Source: an uncultured delta proteobacterium (GTDB taxonomy: Bacteria > Myxococcota > Myxococcia > Myxococcales > Myxococcaceae). Taken from it: DNA of 64,000 nucleotides. The DNA lies in contig CAVZMH010000022.1 in the NCBI GenBank assembly GCA_963776345.1, positions 352,001 through 416,000 of the forward strand. The letters are read 5' to 3'. Positions 54,716 through 64,000 of this stretch are shown here, piece by piece; the stretch's first letter is position 1; every line of letters starts with the position of its first letter. The position numbers and the translations under genes are program-made. The notes under the pieces are model-generated. The model searched no databases and was not told the origin of the DNA. It saw only the letters and a list, made by a program, of their open reading frames with translations.

Positions 54716-56188
54716 ATGGGTCGGCGCCACGAGGGCTTCGGGTGTCTGTTGTCGGCGTTCATCGTTCTGGGAGCAGGGTGTGGCGCCGACGAGCGCGGCG
54801 CGGGCGGTGGAGGCCCGTCCGCGCCTTCGGGCACGGCGGCGCTCAGCGCTGCGCGAGCGGCGTCGAGCGAGGCGCTGGTCCCGAACCGCTTCGGCTTTTC
54901 CCGCACCATCAACGCCGCCGGCGGTCCGCTGCAGGACCCGGCGAACCCCTTCTTCCAGTCGCTGGGGACGAACGGGCGGGCGTGCAGCAGCTGTCACGTC
55001 CCGGAGGCCGGGATGACCATCACCCCGGACGTGGTGCAGCGGCGGTTCCGGCAGACCGCCGGACTCGACCCGCTCTTCCGCGCCGTGGACGGCTCCACGT
55101 CCCCGATGGCCGATCTGTCGACCTTCTTCGCACGGCGGCAGGCATTCGGACTGTTGCTGGACCGGGCCCTCATCCGGGTGGGTCTGGGCATCCCGGGCAC
55201 CGCGGAGTTCGAGCTGATCGCGGTGGAGGATCCCTACGGGTTCGCCAGCGCCAAGGAGCTCTCGCTCTTCCGCCGGCCGCTCCCGTCGACCAACCTTCGG
55301 TTCCTGAGCACCGTGATGTGGGACGGCCGGGAGACCTTCCGGGACGCGACGTCGTCCACCGGATTCGCCGCGCTCCACTTCGACCTGGCCGACCAGTCCA
55401 ACGCGGCGACCCTCGGGCACGCCCAGGCGGCCGCGCCGCTCGCCGACGCGCAGCGGGAGGCCATCGTCGGTTTCGAGATGCAGCTCTTCACCGCCCAGAC
55501 CTGGGACCGGCGCGCCGGATCGCTCGAGCTCGGCGGGGCGCAGGGCGGACCCGCGGCCCTGGTCACCGAGGAGTTCTACTTCGGGATCAACGATCCGCTG
55601 GGCGGCGATCCCACGGGCCGGACCTTCGATCCGACGGCGATGACGCTCTTCGACGCCTGGGCCGGCGCGAGCAGCGACGAGTACGCGGGAGGCCGGGCCA
55701 GCGCCCGAGCCGCGATCGCCAGGGGGCAGGAGATCTTCAACCACAAGCCGATCTCCATCGTCGGAGTCTCCGGGCTCAACGACGACCTCGGGCTGGCGAC
55801 CATCCCCGGGACCTGCACCACCTGCCACGATGCGCCGAACGCCGGCGACCACTCGGTTCCCGCGCCGCTGCGGATCGGCACCGATGTGCCCGACCCGGTG
55901 GGCGGCCTCGACGTCTCGCGGCTGCCGGTCTACACGCTCCGGAACCTTGTCACCGGCGAGCTGAAGACCACCACCGACCCCGGACGCGCGCTGGTCACCG
56001 GGAAGTGGAAGGACGTCGGCCGCTTCAAGGGGCCCATCCTCCGCGGGGTCGCCGCCCGGGCGCCCTACTTCCACAACGGCTCGGCGGCCACGCTCGAGGA
56101 CGTGATCCAGTTCTACGACGCGCGTTTCGGCCTCAGTCTGACCCCGCAGGAGAAGTCCGACCTCCTGGCCTTCCTCGCCGCGCTGTAG
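54716..56188 (+). CDS. Diheme cytochrome c peroxidase/MauG-like lipoprotein
   Basis: GGAGG RBS, GAGC lipobox, CSSCH and CTTCH, MWDGR, PYFHNGSAATLEDVIQFY. Confidence 0.85.
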   Translation: MGRRHEGFGCLLSAFIVLGAGCGADERGAGGGGPSAPSGTAALSAARAASSEALVPNRFGFSRTINAAGGPLQDPANPFFQSLGTNGRACSSCHVPEAGMTITPDVVQRRFRQTAGLDPLFRAVDGSTSPMADLSTFFARRQAFGLLLDRALIRVGLGIPGTAEFELIAVEDPYGFASAKELSLFRRPLPSTNLRFLSTVMWDGRETFRDATSSTGFAALHFDLADQSNAATLGHAQAAAPLADAQREAIVGFEMQLFTAQTWDRRAGSLELGGAQGGPAALVTEEFYFGINDPLGGDPTGRTFDPTAMTLFDAWAGASSDEYAGGRASARAAIARGQEIFNHKPISIVGVSGLNDDLGLATIPGTCTTCHDAPNAGDHSVPAPLRIGTDVPDPVGGLDVSRLPVYTLRNLVTGELKTTTDPGRALVTGKWKDVGRFKGPILRGVAARAPYFHNGSAATLEDVIQFYDARFGLSLTPQEKSDLLAFLAAL

Positions 56189-56257
56189 CGAGGTGCGTCA
56201 CCCGAGTCCATTCGTACTCACGGTGCATGCCGCCCGGCACCGTGAGAAATTGCTCGG

Positions 56258-56767
56258 GTGGACCACGCCGACGAGCTGCTCCCGCTCCTCTACGACGAGC
56301 TCCGGCGGCTCGCGCGTGCCCGCCTCTCGGGGGGGGGCCGGAACGTCATCCTCGACACCACGGCCCTGGTGCACGAGTCCTTCCTGCGGCTGCAGAAGGC
56401 CGGTCACCTCGAGCTCAAGGACCGCGATCACTTCCTCGCCTACGCCGCGTCGACCATGCGCTCCATCGTCGTCGACTCGATTCGCCGGCGCCAGGCGGAG
56501 CGACACGGGGGCGACGTAGTCCATGTCACGCTCGGGACCGCGGCGGCCTCCGAGCTGGGCGCCTCCGAGGAGGAGATCCTCGAGGTGCATGACGCGCTCG
56601 GGCTGCTGACCAAGGTGAATGCACGGCTCGCCCAGGTGGTGGAGATGCGCTACTTCCTCGGCCTCACCGACGAGGAGATCGGCGCGGCGCTCGGTACGAC
56701 CGATCGCACGGTCCGGCGCGACTGGGAGCGCGCGCGGCTGCTTCTCGGGGGCATGATGGGACGCTGA
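56258..56767 (+). CDS. ECF sigma factor of the kinase-associated type
   Basis: LLPLLYDELRRLA, LDTTALVHESFLRL, VVEMRYFLGL, RTVRRDWERAR. Confidence 0.9.
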   Translation: MDHADELLPLLYDELRRLARARLSGGGRNVILDTTALVHESFLRLQKAGHLELKDRDHFLAYAASTMRSIVVDSIRRRQAERHGGDVVHVTLGTAAASELGASEEEILEVHDALGLLTKVNARLAQVVEMRYFLGLTDEEIGAALGTTDRTVRRDWERARLLLGGMMGR

Positions 56768-56770
56768 GCG

Positions 56771-59705
56771 ATGGGCCCCCCGGTGAACATCGACCCGCAG
56801 GTCTGGCAGCGAATCGACGTGCTGCTCTCCGAGGCGCTGACCTTGCCGGAGCACGAGCGGGAGAGGTGGCTCTCCGGGCTGCCGCAGGAGGATCAGCCCC
56901 TCGCCTCGAGCCTGCGCTCCATCCTCTCCCGGTCGGGCACCACCGACGGCTTCATGCGAAACCCGGTTTCACCCGCGGACCTGGCGGCGGCAGGAGAGGC
57001 CGGCTCACTGGAGCAGGCAGGGACACTGGTCGGCCCGTACCGCCTGCTCCGTGCGCTCGGCGCGGGCGGCATGGGGCAGGTGTGGCTCGCGGAGCGGGTG
57101 GACGGGACCATCCAGCGGCAGGTGGCGGTCAAGCTGCCCGGACCGGCTGGGCGCCGGGGATGGCCGAACGCCTTCAGCAGGAACGCGACGCGCTCGCCGC
57201 GCTGGAGCACCCGCACATCGCGCGGCTCTACGACGCCGGAGCGACCGAGGCCGGGCGGCCGTACATCGCGATGGAGTACGTGGACGGCGTTCCCATCGAC
57301 GCGTACGCCGCCACGCACGCGCTGACGTCCGCGACCGGCTCGCCCTCTTCCTCCAGGTCGCGGGCGCTGTGTCCTACGCGCACGCCCGGCTGGTCGTGCA
57401 CCGCGACCTCAAGCCCTCCAACATCCTCGTCTCGACCTCGCAGGGGGTGCGGCTGCTCGACTTCGGGGCGGCGAAGCTCCTGCGCGAGGAGGGGCCGGGA
57501 GAGTCGGAGCTGACGCGGGAGCTCGGGCCCGCGCTCTCGCCCGACTACGCCTCGCCGGAGCAGATCCGCGGCGAGCGGGTCACGGTCGCCACCGACGTCT
57601 ACTCGCTCGGGGTCGTGCTCTACGAGCTCCTGACCGGACAGCGCCCGTATCGTCTTCCGCGCACGTCCTGGGCTGCGCTGGTCGAGGCGGTGTCGAAGGT
57701 GGAGGTCCCTCCGGCCAGCACCCGCGTCGCGGACGACCCCAAGCTGGCGCGCGCTCTCCGGGGCGATCTCGACGCGGTCCTGGGGAAGGCGCTCCGAGGA
57801 CCGGTGAGCGAGCGGTACGCGAGCGTGCAGGCCTTCGCCGACGACGTCTCGCGCTACCTCTCCGGCGAGCCGGTGCTCGCCAAGGACCAGGGCGTCGGCG
57901 AGCGGGCGTGGAAGTTCGTCCGCCGGCACGCGATCGCCGTGGCCACGGCGGCCACCGTCACCTTGCTCGTCGGGGCCGCGAGCGGCGTGGCCCTGTGGCA
58001 GGCCCGGGTGGCGCGGGCCGAGGCCGAGCGGGCCGCCCGGGTGAAGCAGTTCATCGCCTCCATCCTCACCCGCGCGACTCCGAATACCGGGGTGGGCGGG
58101 GTGGTGACCGCGTCGGACCTCCTCACCGCGGCTGCGGATCGGATCGAAACCGAGCTGTCCGCCGAGCCAGGGGTGGCGGCCGAGCTCGGGGTCATCGTGG
58201 CGCAGAGCTTCGACGGTCTCGGTGAGCTCGCGAAGGCGGAGCCCGTGCTCCGGGCTGCGGTCCCCCGGGCCGAGGCGACGCTCGGCCGCACGCATCCGCT
58301 CACCTTGCAGGCCAAGACGACCCTCGCGGATGCCGTGGTGCTGCACGACGTCCCCGGAGCCCTGGCGATCATCGAGGAGGTCGTCCCCGAGGCGATTCGA
58401 GGGTTGCCGAGGACCGCCGAGCAGGCGGTCAACGGGCTTGCGGAGAAGGCCTACGTGCTGGCCAAGCTCAACCGCGCCGAGGAGTCCTATGCGGCGCTTC
58501 GCGAGAGCGCCCGTCTGGCCGAGAAGCACTTTGGCCCGCTGGACGAGCGCACCATCCACACCCTCGGCGCCCTGGCGAATACCCACGGGCGCTTCGGGGA
58601 CCGGGTGAACGACCTGGCCGTGGCCTCCGACGCCGTCGAGCGTGCTCGCCGTGCCTTCGGTGCGCAGCGCCCGCACAACACGCTCATCATCACCGAGCGG
58701 TTCTACGCCGAGGCGCTCCGGGACAACGACCGGGCCGCCGAATCCGCCGCTATCCTCCGGACCGTGCTCGCCGACCAGGAGCGGCTCGATGCCGCGGAGA
58801 CCACCCGGGTGCGCGACGCGAAGCTCCAGCTCGGCGTCGCGCTCTATCTCAGCGGGCGCCTCGAGGAAGGAATCGCCCTGGTTAGGGAGGCGGTTGCGCT
58901 CGAGCGGAAGCAGAACCCCGCCGAGTCCGATGACCGGCGTGGGTTCGGGATGGCGCTGGCCGCGGGGCTCGGCCTCGCGCAGCGAACGGAGGAGTGGAGG
59001 ATCGTGGAGGAGGAGCTCGCCGGGCTGGTCGCCCGGCTCGGCCAAGAGCCACACCGGTCCGGGGTCATCCGGCGTGCGCGGAGGGCGCGCCTCCTAGCGC
59101 TCGTGGGAGACTCGGCCGGCGCGCAGGCGCTCGCGAGGGAGGCGGAATCGATGGCCAGCCCCTCCGAGGAGGCAGCCCGGGTTGAGGCGGCGGTGGTGGC
59201 CGCGCTCGATGACCGGTTGCAGCTGCGGTTCCCGACGGCGCTCGAGCGGATCGAGCGCACGGTGCGCGAGCACAAGCTGGAGTCGCTGCCACGGAGGATC
59301 CAGGCGGGGGTCGCAGCGGAGCTCGGCACGGTCCGGCTCGAGCTCGGTGACCTTTCCGGCGCTGAGACGGAGTTCCTCCGGTGCCGGGAGCTGTTCGTGC
59401 AGGCGCAGGTCGAGCCCTCGATCCAGGTCACGCCGTGCCTCGTCGGGGCGGCGCGGGTCCAGCTCCATGCCGGGCGGTTTGTCGAGGCGGAACGGCTGCT
59501 CCTGCCGCTCGCGGCGTCGTGGGAGGAAGTGAACCCTGACGGTCCCGGGCGGGGCGAGGTCCTGCACTGGCTCGCTCGCGCCGAGCAGGGCGTGGGGAAG
59601 GGAGCCGCCGCCCGCCGCGATGCCCAGCTCGCGGATGCGCTCCTCCGTCGGTCGAAGCTGCCGGCCCTCCGCCGACTCGCGGACCCCAGGCTCACCACGC
59701 GGTGA
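56771..59705 (+). CDS. Membrane Ser/Thr protein kinase with C-terminal TPR-like region; two single-base frameshifts (about 57138 and 57324)
   Basis: LGAGGMGQV and VAVK (frame 1); LEHPHIARLYD and MEYV (frame 2); HRDLKPSN, DFG, YASPE, TM and helical repeats (frame 3). Confidence 0.88.
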
Positions 59706-59714
59706 ACGCCGTCC

Positions 59715-60845
59715 TCAGGCTCCGCACCAGCGCCGGCCGAGCTCCGTGTAGAGCTCCGTGGTCTCCTCGATGCGCCGGACCTCGGCGTACTCGTCCGTCT
59801 GGTGCGCCTGGACCAGCTCGCCGGGCCCGAGGATGACCGTGGGGATGCCGCCGAACGCCGGGGTGAGGATGCTGGCATCGGTGAAGTAGGGCGCGCTGGC
59901 CGGCGCGGGGCGTCGTCCCTGCCGGCGCTGCACCAGGTCGAGGACCTGCTCGATGAACGGGTCGCGCTCGTCGGTGCGCACGCCCGGGACGTCCACCCGG
60001 GAGCTCAGCTCCACCTCCGCGCCGAGCGCCCGGGCCAGGTCCTCGCGCACCTGGGCGTGGCGCTGGGCCGGAACGGTGCGGATGTCGATGCCGATGACCG
60101 CCTCGTCGGGAACGGAGTTCACGTTCAGCCCGCCCCGGATGGTGCCCACGTTCAGGGTGGGCCGGCCGAGCAGCGGGTCCGGCGGCACGTCGAAGCGGAA
60201 CGACTCGAGCGCCGCCACCGCGCGCGCGGCGCGGTAGATGGCGTTCACCCCGCGCTCGGGCATCGACCCGTGCGCGGTCACTCCCCGGGTCCGGGCCTCC
60301 AGCCACAGCGCGCCCTTGTGGCCCACCAGCGGCTGTCCGTCGGTCGGCTCACCCACCACCATCGCCCCGGCGATGCCGAGGGCTCCGGCGGTCCGGGCGA
60401 GGTGGGCCGCACCCTCGCACCCCGTCTCTTCCCCGGCGACGAAGACCAGGGTCAGCCCGGCCTTCCGCAGCGTCCCGGTCCGGACCAGGTCCAGCGCCGC
60501 GCAGGCCAGGGCGGCGATGCCACTCTTCATGTCGCTCGACCCCCGGCCGTAGAGCCGGCCGGCGTCCGTCTCCCCGGCGAACGGGTTCCGGGTCCAGGGA
60601 GTCGCGCCGAGCGGCACCGTGTCGATGTGACCGGCGAAGCACAGCGGCGCTCCGCTGCCACCGGGGGCGCGCGCCACCAGGCTGGCCCGCCCGGGGGCGA
60701 ACTCGTGGAGCCGCACCGAGAACCCTCCGCCCTCGAGCAGCTCGGCGAGGAACCGCGCACAGTCCAGCTCGGGGCTGGTGGGGTTGATGGTGTCGAACCG
60801 GACGAGCTGCTGGGTCAGCGTCACCGGGTCCACGCTCGAGCTCAT
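59715..60845 (-). CDS. M20 family metallohydrolase (ArgE/DapE-like)
   Basis: AGHIDTVP, GRGSSDMK, AGEE, GEPT, AHGS, AHQTDE. Confidence 0.92.
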   Translation of the reverse strand: MSSSVDPVTLTQQLVRFDTINPTSPELDCARFLAELLEGGGFSVRLHEFAPGRASLVARAPGGSGAPLCFAGHIDTVPLGATPWTRNPFAGETDAGRLYGRGSSDMKSGIAALACAALDLVRTGTLRKAGLTLVFVAGEETGCEGAAHLARTAGALGIAGAMVVGEPTDGQPLVGHKGALWLEARTRGVTAHGSMPERGVNAIYRAARAVAALESFRFDVPPDPLLGRPTLNVGTIRGGLNVNSVPDEAVIGIDIRTVPAQRHAQVREDLARALGAEVELSSRVDVPGVRTDERDPFIEQVLDLVQRRQGRRPAPASAPYFTDASILTPAFGGIPTVILGPGELVQAHQTDEYAEVRRIEETTELYTELGRRWCGA

Positions 60846-61585
60846 CGCCTCACCTCCGTTCCGCCGCCTCCGAAGTAGGCCGCGTGCATCTGCGGATCGG
60901 CGCGCAGCTCGGCCGCGGTTCCCTCGGTCACCACCCGTCCCTTGGCGAGCACGTACCCCCGGGTGGCGATGCCCAGGGTCTGGTGCACGTTCTGCTCCAC
61001 CAGGAAGATGGTCACCCCCGCCTGGTGGATCCGCTGGAGGACGGCGAAGGTCTCCTGCACCAGCCGTGGGGACAGGCCCAGCGACGGCTCGTCCACCAGG
61101 AGGAGGCGGGGCGCGGACATCAGGCCCCGTCCGATGGAGACCATGGCCTGCTCGCCGCCCGACATCGTCCCCGCGAGCTGCGCCCGCCGCTCGGCGAGCT
61201 GGGGAAAGGTCGCGAACACCTGCTCCAGCCGCCGGGCCACGACCTCGGGCCGGCGCTCGTCGTGGGCGGCCACCAGCAGATTCTCCAGCACCGAGAGCCT
61301 GGGAAACACCCGGCGCCCCTCCGGGATGCAGCCGATGCCGAGGCGGACGATGTGGTGGGTCGGCAGCCGGGTGAGCTCGGTCCCGCGGAAGGCGATCCGG
61401 CCGCTCCGGGGCGGGGTCAGGCCGAGGATGGACCGGATGAGCGTGGTCTTCCCCGAGCCGTTCGAGCCGAGCAGGCAGGTGATGGAGCCGGGCTCGATCC
61501 GGAGCGACACGTCCTGCAGCACGTCCGCCCGGTCGTAGCCGGTGAAGACGTGCTCGATGACCAGCGCCTCGTCCGGCCCCGTCAT
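60842..61585 (-). CDS. livF: Branched-chain amino acid ABC transporter ATPase (LivF-like)
   Basis: GSNGSGKT, PEGRRVF, MSGGEQ, DEPSLGL, VEQN. Confidence 0.88.
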   Translation of the reverse strand: MTGPDEALVIEHVFTGYDRADVLQDVSLRIEPGSITCLLGSNGSGKTTLIRSILGLTPPRSGRIAFRGTELTRLPTHHIVRLGIGCIPEGRRVFPRLSVLENLLVAAHDERRPEVVARRLEQVFATFPQLAERRAQLAGTMSGGEQAMVSIGRGLMSAPRLLLVDEPSLGLSPRLVQETFAVLQRIHQAGVTIFLVEQNVHQTLGIATRGYVLAKGRVVTEGTAAELRADPQMHAAYFGGGGTEVRR

Positions 61586-62364
61586 GTCAGCCCCAGGTAG
61601 GCCCGTCGGACCTCGGCATCCGTGGACACCTCGGCGAAGGTGCCCTCGCAGAGCTTCTTGCCGTAGTTGAGCACGACGCACCGGTCGGTGACCCGCTCGA
61701 TGACCGACATCTCGTGCTCGATGAGGACGATGGTCAGGTCCCCGAACCGCCGTCGGACCTCGAGGATGTCGTCCATCAGCCGGGTGGTCTCCTCGGCGGT
61801 CATCCCGGCGGAGGGCTCGTCGAGGAGCAGCAGCCGGGGGCGGCTCATCAGCGCCCGGCAGATCTCCACCCGCCGGCGGTCGATCATCGCCACCCCCAGC
61901 ACCGGCTCGAACAGGCGCCGCGCCAGGGGTGGGTCGAAGATCTCCAGCAGCTCCCGGGCGGCGGTGGCGGTGGCGTCCGCCTGCTCCCGCAGGGCCTGGC
62001 GGCGCAGCAGGTTGAACGCCAGACCGTGGTCCAGCCGCTGGTGCGCTCCGATCGCCAGGTTGTCGAAGATGGAGAGCTCCAGGCAGAGCCGCGAGCGCTG
62101 GAAGGTGCGGGTGATGCCGGCGCGGTAGATCGCCTGGGGCGTGGCGCGGGCGAGGGACGTTCCGGCGAAGAGGATCTCGCCCTGGGTCGGCGGGAACAGC
62201 CCGGTGAGGACGTTGAAGAACGTGGTCTTCCCCGAGCCATTGGGCCCGATCAGTCCCAGGAGCTCTCCCCGCCGGACCTCGAGGTCCAGCCCCGCGAGCG
62301 CCACCAGGCCCCCGAAGTGGCGGGTGAGCCGGTGACAGACCAGCAGCGCCTCCGGCACGCTCAT
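61582..62364 (-). CDS. livG: Branched-chain amino acid ABC transporter ATPase (LivG-like)
   Basis: FGGLVAL, GPNGSGKT, RTFQ, DEPSAG, IEHEM, VRRAYLG. Confidence 0.88.
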   Translation of the reverse strand: MSVPEALLVCHRLTRHFGGLVALAGLDLEVRRGELLGLIGPNGSGKTTFFNVLTGLFPPTQGEILFAGTSLARATPQAIYRAGITRTFQRSRLCLELSIFDNLAIGAHQRLDHGLAFNLLRRQALREQADATATAARELLEIFDPPLARRLFEPVLGVAMIDRRRVEICRALMSRPRLLLLDEPSAGMTAEETTRLMDDILEVRRRFGDLTIVLIEHEMSVIERVTDRCVVLNYGKKLCEGTFAEVSTDAEVRRAYLGLT

Positions 62365-63512
62365 GCGGCGAGGCTCCCGAAGGGACGCCGGGCGATGCGG
62401 CGGATGAGCCCGGTCGGGCGAAGCACCAGGACCAGCACCACCAGCACCGAGAAGAGGAGGTACCGGTACTCCTGGATGGGCTGGAGCTTCTCCGGGAGCC
62501 AGATGACGATCAGCGCGGCCACCGCCAGCCCGGCGAGGTTCCCCAGCCCCCCGAGCAGGAGGATGGATACCAGCACCAGCGACTCCTGGAAGGTGAAGTT
62601 GTTGGGGGCGATGAAGCCCACCATCATCGCCGACAGGCCGCCGGCGACGCCGATGATGGCGTTGCCCAGCGTGAACGCGGCGATCTTCCAGCGTCCGATG
62701 GAGATCCCGAAGCAGGCCGCGGCGGTCTCGTCCAGCCGGACCGCGTCGAGCGCCACGCCGATCCACGAGCGCTCCACGCCCCGGACGAGCCACACCGCGA
62801 GCAGCGCCAGCGCCACCGCCGCGAGGCAGTAGAAGGCGTAGCCGGAGACTTCCACCCCGTGGAGCTGCCGGTCGTCGTTGAAGCTCGCGCCGAGGAGCCG
62901 GAGACCGCCGAGCTTGAGGCCCTGCGGTCCGCCCAGCGTCTCGTTGACCTCGAGGAAGGTCCGGAACAGCAGCCCGAAGGCGATGGTGATCAGCGCCGCG
63001 TAGTGCCCCCGCGTCCGGAGCAGGGGGAGGAGGAGCAGCGAGCCGACGGCGGCGGCCACGGCGCCGCTGGCGAGCAGCACCAGCAGATGCGGGGTCGCCC
63101 CGTGGCCGAGCACCGCGGCGGTGTAGCCGCCCACCCCGAAGAAGGCGGCGCCGGCGAAGTTGGGGACGCCAGCGTCCGCGAGCTGCACGTGCAGCCCGAG
63201 ACAGGCCACCAGGACGAGCAGCGCCCGGGCCATGAGCAACAGCACGAAGGGGTCGTCGTGGAAGACGCCGATCAACGCCACCGCGGCGAAGGCCAGGGCG
63301 ATCAGCACCGCCCGCTCGCCTGCGGCCTGGACCAGCCGGGGGAGCACCTTGCTTCGCAGGCCCCCGGCCACCACCACCACGGCGCCGGCCAGGACCAGGC
63401 CCACCGTCTTCTCCGACTCGGCGGCGAGGAACCCGTAGAGGAGGAGCCCGGCGACGGCGGCGATCGCCGTCGCGGACAGCGCCGCTCGCGCCCCGGCCTG
63501 CGCCGCTCTCAT
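62361..63512 (-). CDS. livM: Branched-chain amino acid ABC permease (LivM-like)
   Basis: FFGVGGY, LRTRGHYAALITIAF, GGPQG, LGGLG. Confidence 0.88.
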   Translation of the reverse strand: MRAAQAGARAALSATAIAAVAGLLLYGFLAAESEKTVGLVLAGAVVVVAGGLRSKVLPRLVQAAGERAVLIALAFAAVALIGVFHDDPFVLLLMARALLVLVACLGLHVQLADAGVPNFAGAAFFGVGGYTAAVLGHGATPHLLVLLASGAVAAAVGSLLLLPLLRTRGHYAALITIAFGLLFRTFLEVNETLGGPQGLKLGGLRLLGASFNDDRQLHGVEVSGYAFYCLAAVALALLAVWLVRGVERSWIGVALDAVRLDETAAACFGISIGRWKIAAFTLGNAIIGVAGGLSAMMVGFIAPNNFTFQESLVLVSILLLGGLGNLAGLAVAALIVIWLPEKLQPIQEYRYLLFSVLVVLVLVLRPTGLIRRIARRPFGSLAA

Positions 63513-64000
63513 ACCCGCTCGCCCAGCTCTTCCCCGATGAGGCCGGTGGGCTTCCAGGTCATGAGGAGGATGACCACCGCGAAGGCGAACACGTCCTTGT
63601 AGGCGGAGGCGAATGGCATCACGACGGCGCCCAGCGTCTGGAGCCCGGCGAAGAGGAAGCCGCCGAGGACGGCGCCGGTGAAGCTGCCCAGCCCGCCGAG
63701 CACCGCGGCGCTGAACCCGATGACCCCCAGCAGCAGCCCGGAGCCGAAGTTGATCTCGTTGTAGTACAGGCCGTTCATCACCCCGGCGAAGGCTGCCAGC
63801 GCCGAGCCGATGGCGAAGGTGAGGAGCACCACTCGCCGGAAGTCGATGCCCATGGTACGGGCGGTCTCCTCGTCCTGGGCCACCGCGCGGATGGCCAGTC
63901 CCAGGCGGGTGCGCCGGAGCAGCAGGGAGAGGCCGAGGACCAGCACCACCCCGGCGAGGAGCATCAGGAGGTTGTCCACCCGCAGGTTGAAGCGTCCCAT
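63509..64000 (-). CDS. livH: Branched-chain amino acid ABC permease (LivH-like), 5' end outside the window
   Basis: TRLGLAIRAVAQD, AAVLGGLGS, KPTGLIGE. Confidence 0.88.
   Translation of the reverse strand: MGRFNLRVDNLLMLLAGVVLVLGLSLLLRRTRLGLAIRAVAQDEETARTMGIDFRRVVLLTFAIGSALAAFAGVMNGLYYNEINFGSGLLLGVIGFSAAVLGGLGSFTGAVLGGFLFAGLQTLGAVVMPFASAYKDVFAFAVVILLMTWKPTGLIGEELGERV

Overview
A very GC-rich, gene-dense window from a myxobacterium-like chromosome (Myxococcota). The assignment rests on a MYXO-CTERM-type tail, an ElbD-type ether-lipid enzyme, an FHA-domain sigma54 activator and many lipoproteins. Left to right it holds surface/lipoprotein genes with an HTH-TM-TPR regulator, uvrD/pcrA, a LysR-NmrA-cytochrome c block, an ABC permease-M1 aminopeptidase fusion, glgC and a Tat partner + GMC oxidase pair. 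Next is an FHA-sigma54 enhancer-binding protein surrounded by four small (56-59 aa) paralogous single-TM ORFs, each with its own -24/-12 sigma54 promoter; three also share upstream palindromes. This is the most striking undescribed feature. It is followed by elbD/elbE-like genes, two gene wrecks and a ~17.6-kb lipid/glycosylation neighbourhood (MMPL, two GT-C glycosyltransferases, GH3 ligase, Ino1, DegT aminotransferase, AKR, GMCs, ALDH) that may make an acylated aminocyclitol lipid. The window ends with a diheme protein + ECF sigma + Ser/Thr kinase module, an M20 hydrolase and a liv-type ABC operon. No rRNA, tRNA, CRISPR array or transposase was recognised. Single-base frameshifts (ino1, kinase) may be sequencing errors. 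All functional calls come from motif recognition by eye; no database search was run.
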